A stretch of DNA of 64,000 nucleotides from the human T2T-CHM13v2.0 reference genome, Homo sapiens. Made by a program: the position numbers and the translations under genes. The notes under the pieces were generated by a model. It did not search any database. It was not told the DNA's origin and saw only the letters and a program-made list of their open reading frames with translations. How positions within the stretch are numbered: the first letter of the stretch is position 1; every line of letters begins with the position of its first letter. Of this stretch, positions 39,651 through 54,864 are shown one piece after another. The stretch is taken from NCBI RefSeq assembly GCF_009914755.1, contig NC_060935.1. One strand, given 5' to 3'.

Positions 39651-42600
39651 CATTCTCAGAAACTACTTTGTGATGATTGCATTCGACTCACAGAGTTGAA
39701 CATTCCTATGGATAGTGCAGTTTGTAAACACTCTTTTTGTACAATCTGCAATTGGAGATTTGGACTGCTTTGTGGCCTACGGTATTAAAGGAAATAACTT
39801 CACATAAAAACCAAACGGAAGCATTCACAGAAAATTCTTTGTGATGATTGTATTTATCTCAGAGAGCTGAACATTCCTGTAGATGGAGCAATTTCCAAAG
39901 ACACTTTTTGTAGATTCTGCAAGTGGATATTTGGACCTCTCTGAGAATTTCGTTGGAAACGGGAGAAACTTCCCAGAACTACACGGAAGCATTCTCCGAA
40001 ACTTCTTTGTGAGGTTTGCATTCAACTCACAGAGTTGACCTTCCTTTCATAGTTTAGGTATGAAACACTCTTTTTGTAGAATCTGCAGGTGGGAATTTGG
40101 ACCACTGTGTGCCCTTCGCTGGAAACGGGTATATCTTCACGTAAAAACTCAAGAGAAGCATTCTCAGAATCTTCTGGGTGATGATTGCATGCAAGTCACA
40201 GAGTTGAGCCCTCCTTTTGATTGAGCCGTTTGGAAACTCTCTTTTTGTAGAATCTGTAAAAGGATATGTGGACCTCTTTGAAGATTTCTTTGGAAACGGG
40301 AATATCTTCACAGAAAAACTAAACTGAAACATTCTCAGAAACTTCTTTGTGATGTTTGTGTTCGAGTCACACAGTTTCACATTGCTTTTCATAGAGGAGT
40401 TTTGAAACTCTCCTTTCGTAGAATCTGCAAGTGGACATTTGGAGCGCTTTCAGGTCTATAATGGAAAAGAAAATATCTTCACATAAAAACTAGACAGAAG
40501 CATTCTCAGAAACTGCTTTGTGATGATTGCATTCAACTCACAGAGTTGAAGATTGCATTTGAAACAGCAGTTTCTAAACACTCTTTCTGTGGGATCTGCA
40601 AGTGGATATTTGGACCTCTTTGAAGATTTCGTTGGAAAAGGGATAATCTTCACATAAAAGCTAAACTGAAGCATTATCAGAAACTTCTTTGTGATGCGTG
40701 CATTCAACTCACAGAGTTGAACATTCCTTTAGATAGAGTAGTTTTGAAATGCCTTTTTGACGAATCTGCAAATGGATATTTGGACCGCTTTGAGGAATTC
40801 GTTGGAAACGGGTATATCTTAACATCGAAACTAGACAGAAGCATTGACAGAAATTTCTTTGGGATCTGTGCTTTCAACTCACAAAGTTTAACCTTTATTT
40901 TGGTAAAGCAGTTGTGAAACACTATTTTTGTGGAATCTGCGAGTGGATATTTGGAACGCTTTGAAACCTTTGTTGAAAAAGTAAATATCTTCCCAAAAAA
41001 ACTAGAAAGAAGCATTCTCAGAAACTTTGTTGTGATGGGTGCATTCAACCCACAGAGTTGAACATTCCTTTTGATAGAGCAGTTTTGAAACACTGTTTTG
41101 TTGGAATCTGCAAGTGGATATTTGGAACGCTTTGGGGCCTATGCTGAAAAAGGAAATATTTTCTCATAAAAACTAGACGGAAGCATTCTCAGAAACTTCT
41201 TTGTGACGTGTGCGTTCAACCCAAATAGTTGAATATTCCTTTAGATAGAGCCGTTTTGAAATACCCTTTTGTAGATTCTGCTAGTGGATATTTGACTGCT
41301 ATGTGGAATTCTTTGGAAACGGGTATATCTTAATGTTAAAACTAGACAGAAGCATTCTCAGAAATTTCTTCATGATCTGTGCATTCAACTCAAGGAGTTG
41401 AACCTTTCTTTTGGTAGATCAGTTTTGAAACACTATTTTTTTGGAATCTGCAAGTGGACATTTGGAGGGCAGTGAGGCCTTAGGTGGAAAAGGAAATATC
41501 TTCCCATAAAAACTACAGAGAAGGATCCTCAGCAACTTCTTTGTGATGATTGCATTCAACTCACAGAGTTGAAGGTTCCTTTTGACAGAGCAGTTTTGAA
41601 ACACTCTGCTTATAGAATCTGCAAGTGGATATTTGGAAAAATTTGAGGCCTATGGTAGTAAAGGAAATATCTTCATACAAAAACTAGACAGATGCATTCT
41701 CAGAAACTTCTTTGTGTTTAGTGAATTCAACTCACAGAGTTGAACATTCCTCTTGATGAGATAGTTTTGAAACACACTTTTGTAGAATCTGTAAGTGGAT
41801 ATTTGGACCTCTTTGAGTATTTCGTTGGAACACGCATAGACTTCAAATTACTAAACGGAAACATTCTCAGAAAATTCTTTGTGATGTTTGCATTCAACTC
41901 ACAGAGTTGAAACTTCCTTTGATAGTTCACGTTTCAAACAAACACTCTTTTTGTAGAATCTGCAAGAAGACATTAAGAGTGCTGTGTGGCCAGTGGTGGT
42001 AAAGGAAATATCTTCACATAAAAAGAAGATAGAAGAATTCTCAGAAAATTCTCTCTGATGATTGCATTCAACTCACAGAGTTGAACATTCCGTTTGGAAC
42101 AACAGTTTTGAAACACTGTTTTTGTAGAATCTGCAAGGGGATATTTGGACGTCTTTGAAGATTTCGTTGGAAGCGGGATTGTCTTCACATAAAATCTAAA
42201 CAGAAGCATTCTCGGAAATTTCTATCTGATGTTTGCATTCAACTCACAGAGTTGAACATTCCTTTTGATGGAGCAGTTTTGAAACACTCTTTTTCTAGAG
42301 TCTGCAAGTGGACATTTGGAGGGCTTTGAGGCCTGTGGTGGAAAAGGAAATATCCTCACATAAAAACTAGACAGAATAATTCTCAGAAAATTCTCTCTGA
42401 TGATTGCATTCAACTCACAGAGTTGAACATTCCCTTTGGAACAACAGTTTTGAAACACTCTTTTTGTAGAATCTGCAAGGGGATATTTGGACCTCTTTGA
42501 AGATTTCGTTGGAAACGGGATAATCTTCACATAAAAACTAAACAAAAGCATTCTCAGAAACTGCTTAGTGTTGTTTGTATTCGACTCTGAGGGTTGAACA

Positions 42601-45600
42601 TTCCTTTTGATTGAGCAGTTTTGAAACACTCTTTTTCGAGAATCTGCAAGTGGACATTTGGAGGGCTTTGAGGCCTCTGGTGGAAAAGCAAATATCTTCA
42701 TATAACAACTAGATAGAAGAATTATCAGAAACCACTTTGTGATGATTGCATTCAACCCACAGAGTTGAACATTCCTTTTGATAGAGCAGTTTTCTAACAC
42801 TTTTTTTGTAGAATCTGCAAGTGGACATTTGGACTGTTTTGAGGACTACGGTAGTAAAGGAAATAACTTCATATAAAAACTAGACAGAAGCATTCTCTGA
42901 AACTTCTTTGTGATGATTGAGTTCAACACACAGAGCTGAATATTCCTTTTTATGGAGCAGTTTCAAAACACACTTTTTGTACAATCTGCAAGTGGATATT
43001 TGGACTTCTTTGAGGATTTCGTTGGAAATGGGATAAGCTTCACATAACTAAACAGAAGCATTCTCAGAAAATTATTTGTGATGTTTGCATTCAATGAACA
43101 GAGTTGAAACTTAATTTGACAGTGCAGGTTGGAAACAGTCTCTTCGTAGAGTCTGCAAGGGGATATTTGGACCACTTTTTGGCCTTCGTTTGAAACGGGT
43201 ATATCTTCACAAAGAAACTAGACAGAAGCATTCTCAGAAACTTCCTTGTGATTTCTGCATTCAACTCAGAGAGTTGGAAGTTCCTTTTGTTATAGCAGTC
43301 TTGAAACACTCTTTTTGTATATTCTGCAATTGCACATTGGCATGCTTTGAGGTCGATGCTAGTAAATATCTTCATATAAAAACTAGACAGAAGCATTCTC
43401 AGAAACTTCATTGTGATGTGTGCATTCAACTCAGAAAGTTGAACATTTCCTTTGATAGAGCAGATTTGAAACTCTCTTTTTGTGGAATCTGCAAGTAGAC
43501 ATTTGGAGCGCTGTGAGGCCTGTGGTGGAAAAGGAAATATCTTCATATAAAAACTAGACAGAAGCGTTCACAGAAACTACTCTGTGATGATTGCATTCGA
43601 CTCACAGAGTTGAACATTCCTATTGATAGAGCAGTTTTGAAACTCTCTTTTTGTAGAATCTACAACTGGATATTTGGACCTCTTTGAAGATTTCATAGGA
43701 AACGGTTGTATCTTCACTTAAGTACTAAACAAAAGCATTCTCAGAAACAACTTTGTGATGTTTGTGTTCAGCTCACAGAGTTTAACATTGCTTTCCATAG
43801 AGCATTTTTGAAACTTTCTTTTGTAGTATCTGCTAGGGGACATTTGGAGAGCTTTGAGGCCTGTGGTGGAAAAGGAAAAATCTTGACATAAGAATTAGAG
43901 AGAAGCATTCTCAGAAACTACGTTGAGATGATTGCATTTGACTCATAGAGCTGAACATTCCTTTAAGAAGAGCAGTTTGAAACACTATTCTGCAGAATCT
44001 TCAAGTGTATATTTGGACCTCTTTGAAGATTTCTATGGAAAAGGGAATACCTTCACATAAAAACTAAACAGAAGCACTCTCAGAAACTTCTTTGTGAAGT
44101 TTGTATTCAACTCACAGAGTTTAACACAGCTTTTCATAGAGCAGTTTTGAAACATTCTTTTCTTAGAATCTGCAATTGGACATTTGGAGCACTTTGAGGC
44201 CTGTGGTGGAAAAGGAAATATATTCCCATAAAAATTAGATAGAAGCATTCTCAGAAATTTCTTTGTGATGATTGCATTCAACTCACAGTGTTGAAGATTC
44301 CTATTGTAACAGATGTTTGGAAATACTCTTTCTGTAGAATTTGCAAGTGGATATTTGCACCTCTTTGAGGATTTCATTGGAAACGGAATATCTTCACCTA
44401 AAAATTAAACAGAAGCACTCTCAGAAACTTCTTGTGATGTTTCCATTCAACTCACAGTGTTGAACATTCCTTTTGATAGAGTAGTTTTGAAACACGCTTT
44501 TTCTAGAATCTGCAAGTGGACATTTGGAGGGCTTTGTGGCCAGTGGTGGAAAAGGAAATATCTATACATGAAAACTAGATGGAAGCATTCTCAGAAACTA
44601 CTTTGTGATGATTGCATTGAACTCACAGAGTTGAACATTCCTTTTGACAGAGAGTTTTGAAACACTCGTTTTGTAGAATCTGCAAGTGGATATTTGGACC
44701 GATTTGAGGCCTATGGTAGTAAAGGAAATAACTTCATATGAAAACTAGGCAGATGCATTCCCAGAAACTTCTTTGTGATGATTGAGCTCACCTCACAGAG
44801 CTGAACATTACTTTTGATGGAGCAGTTTCGAAACAAACTTTCTGTAGGATCTGCATTTGGATATGTGGACCTCTTTGAGGATTTCTTTGGAAATGGGATA
44901 TATTTCACAGAACTAAACAGAAGCATTCTCAGAAACTTCTTTGTCATGTTTGCATTCAACTCACAGAGTTGAAACTTCCTTTGATAGTTCAGGTTTGAAA
45001 CACTCTTTTTGTAGAATCTGCAAGTGGATATTTGGACCACTGTGTGGCCTTCGTTCAAAACGGCTATACCTTCACATAAAAACTAGACAGAAGAAAAATC
45101 AGAAACTTCCTTGTGATGTCTGCATTCACATCAGAGATTTGAAACTTCCTATTGATAGAGCAGTCTTTAAACACTCTTTTTGTAGAATCTGCAACTGGAC
45201 ATTGGCAGCACTTTGAGGCCTATGCTAGCAAAGGAAATATCTTCATATAAAAACTAGACAGAAGCATTCTCAGAAACTACTTTGTGATGTGCGTATTCAA
45301 CTCAGAAAGTTGAAACTTTCTTTTGATAGAACAGTTTTGAAACTCTCTTTTTGTATAATCTGCAAGTAGACATTTGGAGCACTGCGAGGCCTGTGGTGGA
45401 AAAGGAAATATCTTCACAAAAAACTAGACAGAAGCATTCTCAGAAACTTCTCTGTGATGATTGCATTCAACTCACAGAGTTGAACACTCCTGTTGATAGA
45501 GCAGTTTTTAAACACTCTTTTTGTAGAATCTGCAAGTGGAGATTTGGACTGCTTTGAGGCATATGATAGTATAGGAAATAACTTCATGTAAAAACCTGAC

Positions 45601-48600
45601 AAAAGCATTCTCAGAAACTCATAGAGCTGAGCATTCCTTTTGATGGAGCAGTTTCAAATCACACGTTTGGCATAATCTGCAAGTGGGTATTTGGACCACT
45701 TTGAGGATTCCATTGTAAAAGGGATAAAATTGACGTAATTAAACAGAAGCATTCTCAGAAACATCTTTGTGAAGTTTGCATTCAACACACAGAGTTGAAA
45801 TTTCCTTTGATAGTTCAGGATTGAAACACTGTTTTTGTAGAATCTGTAAGTGGATATTTGGACCACTTTGTGGCCTTCGTTCGAAACGGGTATATCCTCA
45901 CATAAAAACTAGACAGAAGCATTCTCAGAAGCTTCTCTGTGATGATTGCATTCATCTCACAAGTTGAACACTCCTTTTGATATATCAGTTTTGAAACACT
46001 CTTTTTGAAGAATCTGCAAGTGGAAATTTGGACTGCTTTGCAGCCTACGGTACTAAACGAAATAACTTCATATAAAAACTAGACAGAAGCATTCTCAGAA
46101 AATTTTTGTGATGATTGAGTTTAACTCACAGAGCTGAACATTCCTTTGGATGGAGCAGTTTCAAAACACACTTTTTGTAAAATCTGCAAGTGGACATTTT
46201 TACCTCTCTGAGGATTTCGTTGGAAACGGGATAAATATCACATAAATAAACAGAAGCATTCTCAGAAAATTCTTTGTGATGTTTGCATTCAACTCACGGA
46301 GTTGGAACTTCCTTTAATAGTTCAGGTTTGAAACACTCTTTTCGTAGAATCTGCAAGTGGATATTTGGACCAATTTGTGGCCTTCGTTCCAAACGTGTAT
46401 ATCTTCACATTAAAACTACACAGAAGCATTCTCAGAAACTTTTCTGTGATGACTACGTTCAACTCACACAGTTGAACACTCCTTGTGGTACAGTAGTTTT
46501 GAAACTCTCTTTCTGTGGAATCTGCAAGTGGATATGCGGATCTCTTTGAAGATTTCCTTGGAAACTGGATCATCTTCACAGAAAAACTAAACAGAAGCAT
46601 TCTCAGAGACTGATTTCTGTTGTTTGTATTCAAATTCTGGAGTTGAACTTTCCTTTTGAAACAGCAGCTGTGAAACACAATTTTTCAAGAATCTGCAAGT
46701 GGACATTTGGAGGGCTTTGAGGCCTGTGGTGGAAAAGGAAATATCTTCACATAAAAACTAGATAGAAGCATTCTCAGAAACCATTTTGTGGTGATTGCAT
46801 TCAACTCACAGAGTTCAACGTTCATACTGAAAGAGCAGTTTGGAAACCCTCTTTTTGTAGAATCTGCAAGTGGAGATTTGGACCGCATTGAGGCCTATGG
46901 GAGTAAAGGAAATAACTTCATATAAAAACTAAACAGAAGCATTCTCAGAAAATCCTTTGTGATGGTTGAGTTTAACTCACAGAGCTGAACATTCTTTTGA
47001 TGGAGCAGTTTCAAAACAGTCTTTTTGTAGAATCTGCAAGTGGATATTTGGATCTCTTGGGAGGATTTCATTGGAAATTAGATAAAATTCACATAACTAA
47101 ACAGAAGCATTCTCAGAAACTTCTTTGTCATGTTTGCATTCAACTCACAGAGTTGAACCTTGCTTTCATAGTTCATGTTTGCAACACTCTTTTTGTAGAA
47201 TCTGCAAGTGGATATTTGGACGACTTTGTGGCCTTCATTCGAAACGGGTATATCTTCACATGAAAACTAGACAGAAGCATTCTCAGAAACATCACTGTCA
47301 TGATTGCATTCAACTCACAGATTTGAACACTCCTTTTGATTGAGCAGTTTTGAAACTCCCTTTCTATAGAATCTGCAAGTGGATAAGTGGACCTCTTTGA
47401 AGATTTCTTTGGAAACAGCAATGTCTTCACATAAAAACTAAACAGTAACATTCTCAGAAACTTCTTTGTGATGTTTGTGTACAAGTCACAGGGTTTAACA
47501 TCGCTTTTCATAGAGCAGTTTTGAAACATTCTTTTCATAGAATGTGCAAGTGGACATTTGGAGTGCTTTCAGGCCTGTGATGGAAAAGGAAATATCTTCA
47601 CATAAAAACTAGACAGAAGCATTGTCAGAAACTACTTTGTGATGATTGCATTCAACTCACAGAGTTGAAGATTCCTTTTGAAACAGCAGTTTCAAAACAC
47701 ACTTTCTGTGGAATCCAGAAGAGGATGTTTGGACCTCTTTGAAGATTTTGTTGGAAACGGGATAATCTTCACATAAAAGCTAAACAGAAGAATTCTCAGA
47801 ACCTTCTTTGTGATGTTTGCATTCACCTCACCGAGCTGAACTTTTCCTTTGATAGAGCAGCTTTGAAACACTCTTTTTGTAGGATCTGCAAGTGGATATT
47901 TGGAGGGCTTTGAGGACTGTGGTGGAAAAGGAAATATCTTCTCATAAAAACTAGATAGAAGGATTCTCAGAAACTACTTTGTGATGATTGCATTCAACTC
48001 ACAGAGTTGAACATTCCTTTTGATAGAGCAGTTTGGAAACACTCTTTTGTAGAATTTCCAAGTGCAGATTTGGACCGCTTAGTGGCCTATGGTAGTAAAG
48101 GAAATAAGTTCATATAAAAACTAGACAGTAGCAGTCTCAGAAAATTCTTTGTGACAATTGAGTTTAACTCACAGAGCTGAACATTCGTTTTGTTGGAGCA
48201 GTTTCCAAACACACTTTTTTTAGAATCTGCAAGTGGATATTTGAACTTCTCTCAGGATGTCGCTGGAAACGGGATAAACTTCACATAACAAAACAGAAAC
48301 ATTCTCTGTATATGCTTTGTGATGTTTGCATTCAACTCACAGAGTTGAACCTTCCTTTGTTAGATCAGGTTTGAAATACTCTTTTAATAGAATCTGTAAG
48401 TGGATATTTAGACCACTTTCTGGCCTTCATTCGAAACGGTTATAACTTCACATAATAACTAGACAGAAGCATTCTCAGAAACTTCCTTGTGAGGTCTGCT
48501 TCAGCTCTGAGAGTTGAAACTTCCTACTTATAGAGCAGTCTTGAAACACTATTTTTGTATAATCTGCAACTGGACATTGACAGCGCTTTGAGGCTTATGC

Positions 48601-51600
48601 TAGTAATGGAAATATCTTCATATAAGAACTAGACAGAAGCAAACTCAGAAACTTCTTTGAGATGTGTGGATTCAACTCAGAAAGCTGAATCTTTCTTTTG
48701 ATTGAGCACTTTTGAAACTCTCTCTTTTTGTAGAATCTACAAGGAGACATTTGCAGCGCTGTGAGGCCTGCAGTGGAAAAGGAAATATCTTCACATGAAA
48801 ACTAGTCATAAGCATCTTCAAAACTTCTCTGTGACGACTGCATTCAACTCAAAGAGTTGAACACTCCTTTTGATAGAGCAGTTTTGAAACTCCCTTTTTG
48901 TAGAATCTGCAAGTGGATATGTTGTCCTCCTTGAAGATTTCTTCGGAGACGGGAATATTTTCACATAAAAACTAAACAGAACATTCTCAGAAACTTCTTT
49001 GTGATGCCTGTATTCAACTTCCAGAGTTGAACTTTCCTGTGGAAAGAGCAGCTATGAAACACTCTTTTTCTAGAATCTGCAAGTACACATTTGGAGGGCT
49101 TTGAGGCCAGTGGTGGAAAAGGAAATATCTTCACATAAAAACTAGATAGAAGCATTCTCAGAAACTACTTTGTGATGACTGCATTCACCTCACAGAGTTG
49201 AACATTCCTATTGATAGAGGACTTTAGAAACACTCTTTTTGTAGAATCTGAAAGTGGAGATTTGGACCGCCTTGAAGCCTATGGTAGTAAAGGAAATAAC
49301 TTCATATAAAAACTAGACAGAAGCATTCTCAGAAAATTCTTTGTGATGATTGAGTTTAACTCACAGAGCTGAACATTCCTTTTGATGGAGCAGTTTCAAA
49401 GCACACTTTTTTTAAAACGTGCAAGTGGATATTTGGACCTCTCTGAGGATTTCATGGGAAACTGGATAAACTTCACATAACTAAACGGAAGCATTCTCAG
49501 AAACTTCTTTGTGATGTTTGCATTCAACTCACAGAGATGAAACTTCCTTTGATAGTTCAGGTTTGAAACACTCTATTTGTAGAATCTGCAAGTGGATATT
49601 TGGACCACTTTGTGGCCTTCATTCGAAATGGGTATATCTTCACATAAAAACTAGACAGAAGCATTCTTAGAAACTTCTCTGTGATGATTGCATTCAACTC
49701 ACAGAGTTGAACACTCATTTTGATTGAGCAGTTTGGAAATTCCCTTTTTATAGAATCTGCAAGTGGATATGTGCACCTCTTTGAAGATGTCCTTGGAAAC
49801 AGGAATATCTTCACATAAAAACTAAACAGAAGCATTCTCAGAAACTTCATTGTGATGTTTGTGTTAAAGTCACAGAGTATAACATTGCTTATCATAGAGC
49901 AGTTTTGAAACATTCTTTTCGTTGAATCTGCAAGTCGACATTTGGAGCACTTTCAGGCCTGTGGTGGAAAAGGAAATATCTTCACATAAAAACGAGAGAA
50001 GCATTGTCAGAAATTTCTTTGTGATGATTGCATTCAACTCACAGAGTTGAAGATTCCTTTTGAAACAGCAGTTTCGAAACACTCTTTCTGTGGAATCCGC
50101 AAGTGGATATTTGCACCTCTTTGAAGATTTCATTGGAAACGGGATAATCTTCACATAAAAGCTAAACTGAAGCATTCTCAGAAACTTCTTTGTGATGTTT
50201 GCATTCACCTCACAGAGCTGAACTTTCCCTTTGATAGAGTGACTTTGAAAAACTCTTTTTCTAGAGTCTGCAGTTGGACAATTGGAGGGCTTTGAGTACT
50301 GTGGTGGAAAAGGAAATATCTTCTCATAAAAACTAGATGGAAGCATTCTCAGAAACTACTTTGTGATGATTGCATTCAACTCACTGAGTTGAACATTCCT
50401 TTTGATAGAGCAGTTTGGAAACACTCTTTTTGTATAATCTGGAAATGGAGATTTGGACTGCTGTGAGGCCTGTGGTAGAAAAGGATATAACTTCATATAA
50501 AAACTATGACAGTAGCACTCTCACAAAATTCTTGGTGAAGACTGAGTTTGACTCACAAAGCTGAACATTCCTTTTGATGGAGCAGTTTTGAAACACACTT
50601 TTTGTAGAATCTGCAAGTGGATATTTGGAGGTCTCTGAGGAAATTGTTGCAAATGGGATAATCTTCACATAAATAAACGGAAGAATTCTCAGAAACTTCT
50701 TTGTGATGTTTGCATTCAACTCACAGTGTTGAACTTTTCTTTGATAGTTCAGGTTTGAAACACTCTTTTTGTAGAATCTGCAAGTGGATATTTGGATCAC
50801 TGTGTGGCCTTCATTCGAAACGGGTATAACTTCACGTAAAAACTCAAGAGAAGCATTCTCAGAAACTTCTGTGTGATGATTGCATTCAAGTCACAGAATT
50901 GAACCCTCCTTTTGATTGAGCAGTTTTGAAACTCTCTTTTTGTAGAATCTGTAAAAGGATATGTGGACCTCTTTGAAGATTTCTTTAGAAACAGGAGTAT
51001 ATTCAGAGAAAAACTAAACTGAAGCATTCTCAGAAACTTCTTCGTGATGTTTGTGTTCGAGTCACAGAGTTTAACGTTGCTTTTCATAGAGCAGTTTTGA
51101 AACATTCTTTTAGTACAATCTGCAAGTGGACATTTGGAGCGCTTTCAGGCCTGTGGTGGAAAAGGAAATATCTTCACATAAAAACTAGAGAGAAGCATTG
51201 TCAGAAACTTCTTTGTGATTATTGCATTCAACTCAGAGTTGAAGATTCCTTTTGAAACAGCAGTTTCTAAACACTCTTTCTGTGGGATCCGCAAGTGGAT
51301 ATTTGGACCTCTTTGAGGATTTCATTGGAATCTGGATCATCTTCACATAAAAGCTAAACAGAAGCATTCTCAAAAACTTCTTTGTGATGTTTGCATTCAC
51401 CTCACAGAGTTGAACTTTCACTTTGATAGAGCAGCTTTTAAACACTCTTTTTCTAGAATCTGCAAGTGGACATTTGCAGGGCTTTGGGGACTCTGTTGGA
51501 AAAGGAAATATCTTCTCATGAAAACTACCTAGAAGCGTTCTCAGAAACTACTCTGTGATGATTGCATTCAACTCACAGAGTTGAACATTCCTTTTGAAAG

Positions 51601-52061
51601 AGCAGTTTGGAAACACTCTTTCTGTAGAATCTGCAAGTGGAGATTTGTACGACTTTGAGGCCTATGGTAGTAATGGAAAGAACTTCATATAAAAACTAGA
51701 CAGTAGCACTCTCAGAAAATTCTTTGTGACGATTGAGTTTAACTCAGAGAGCTGAACATTCGTTTTGATGGAGCAGTTTGCAAACACACTTTTTGTAGAA
51801 TCTGCAAGTGGATATTTGGATCTCTGTGAGGATTTCATTGGAAAAGGGATAAACTTCCCATAACTAAATGGAAGCATTCTCCGAAACTTCTTTGTGAAGT
51901 TTGCATTCAACTCACAGTGTTGAACCTTCCTTTGATAGTTCAGGTTTGAAACACTCTTTTAGTAGAATCTGCAAGTGGATATTTGGACCACTTTGTGTCC
52001 TTCGTTCGAAGCGGGTATATCTTCACATCAAACCTAGACAGAAGCATTCTCAGAAAATTTT
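39651..52061 (+). repeat. Diverged HOR-relic / monomeric alpha satellite transition zone
   Basis: The 171-bp period persists but near-identical 2-kb copies are lost. Many private substitutions and indels; monomer types a-e are still recognisable in places. Confidence 0.92.
52000..52016 (+). promoter_or_regulatory. CENP-B box with intact core in the last complete monomer
   Basis: CTTCGTTCGAAGCGGGT fits nTTCGnnnnAnnCGGGn. Confidence 0.75.

Positions 52062-54864
<2,803 letters not shown>

Larger units (their letters stand above)
1..52061 (+). repeat. Alpha-satellite (alphoid) array, ~171-bp monomers, uninterrupted and in one orientation
   Basis: Recurrent CATTCTCAGAAACT...TTCAACTCACAGAGTTGAA...GAATCTGCAAGTGGATATTTGG motifs. 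Monomer starts at 96, 264, 434, 605, 776, 947, 1115, 1285, 1456, 1627, 1798, 1969, 2144. Confidence 0.99.

Noticed and set aside
45606-45630. Short monomer with a ~27-bp deletion between AACT microhomologies
   Set aside because: An isolated ordinary deletion in decaying satellite.
51-51910. Many repeated ORFs in the satellite, up to 297 aa (e.g. 1180-2073, 18738-19631)
   Set aside because: 171 is divisible by 3, so stop-poor frames recur. The peptides just echo monomer periodicity, are broken at random among copies, and resemble no protein family I know.
1-52061. CRISPR-like or other repeat-spacer array
   Set aside because: Whole monomers are homologous. There are no unique spacers or cas genes, and the sequence is primate alphoid DNA.
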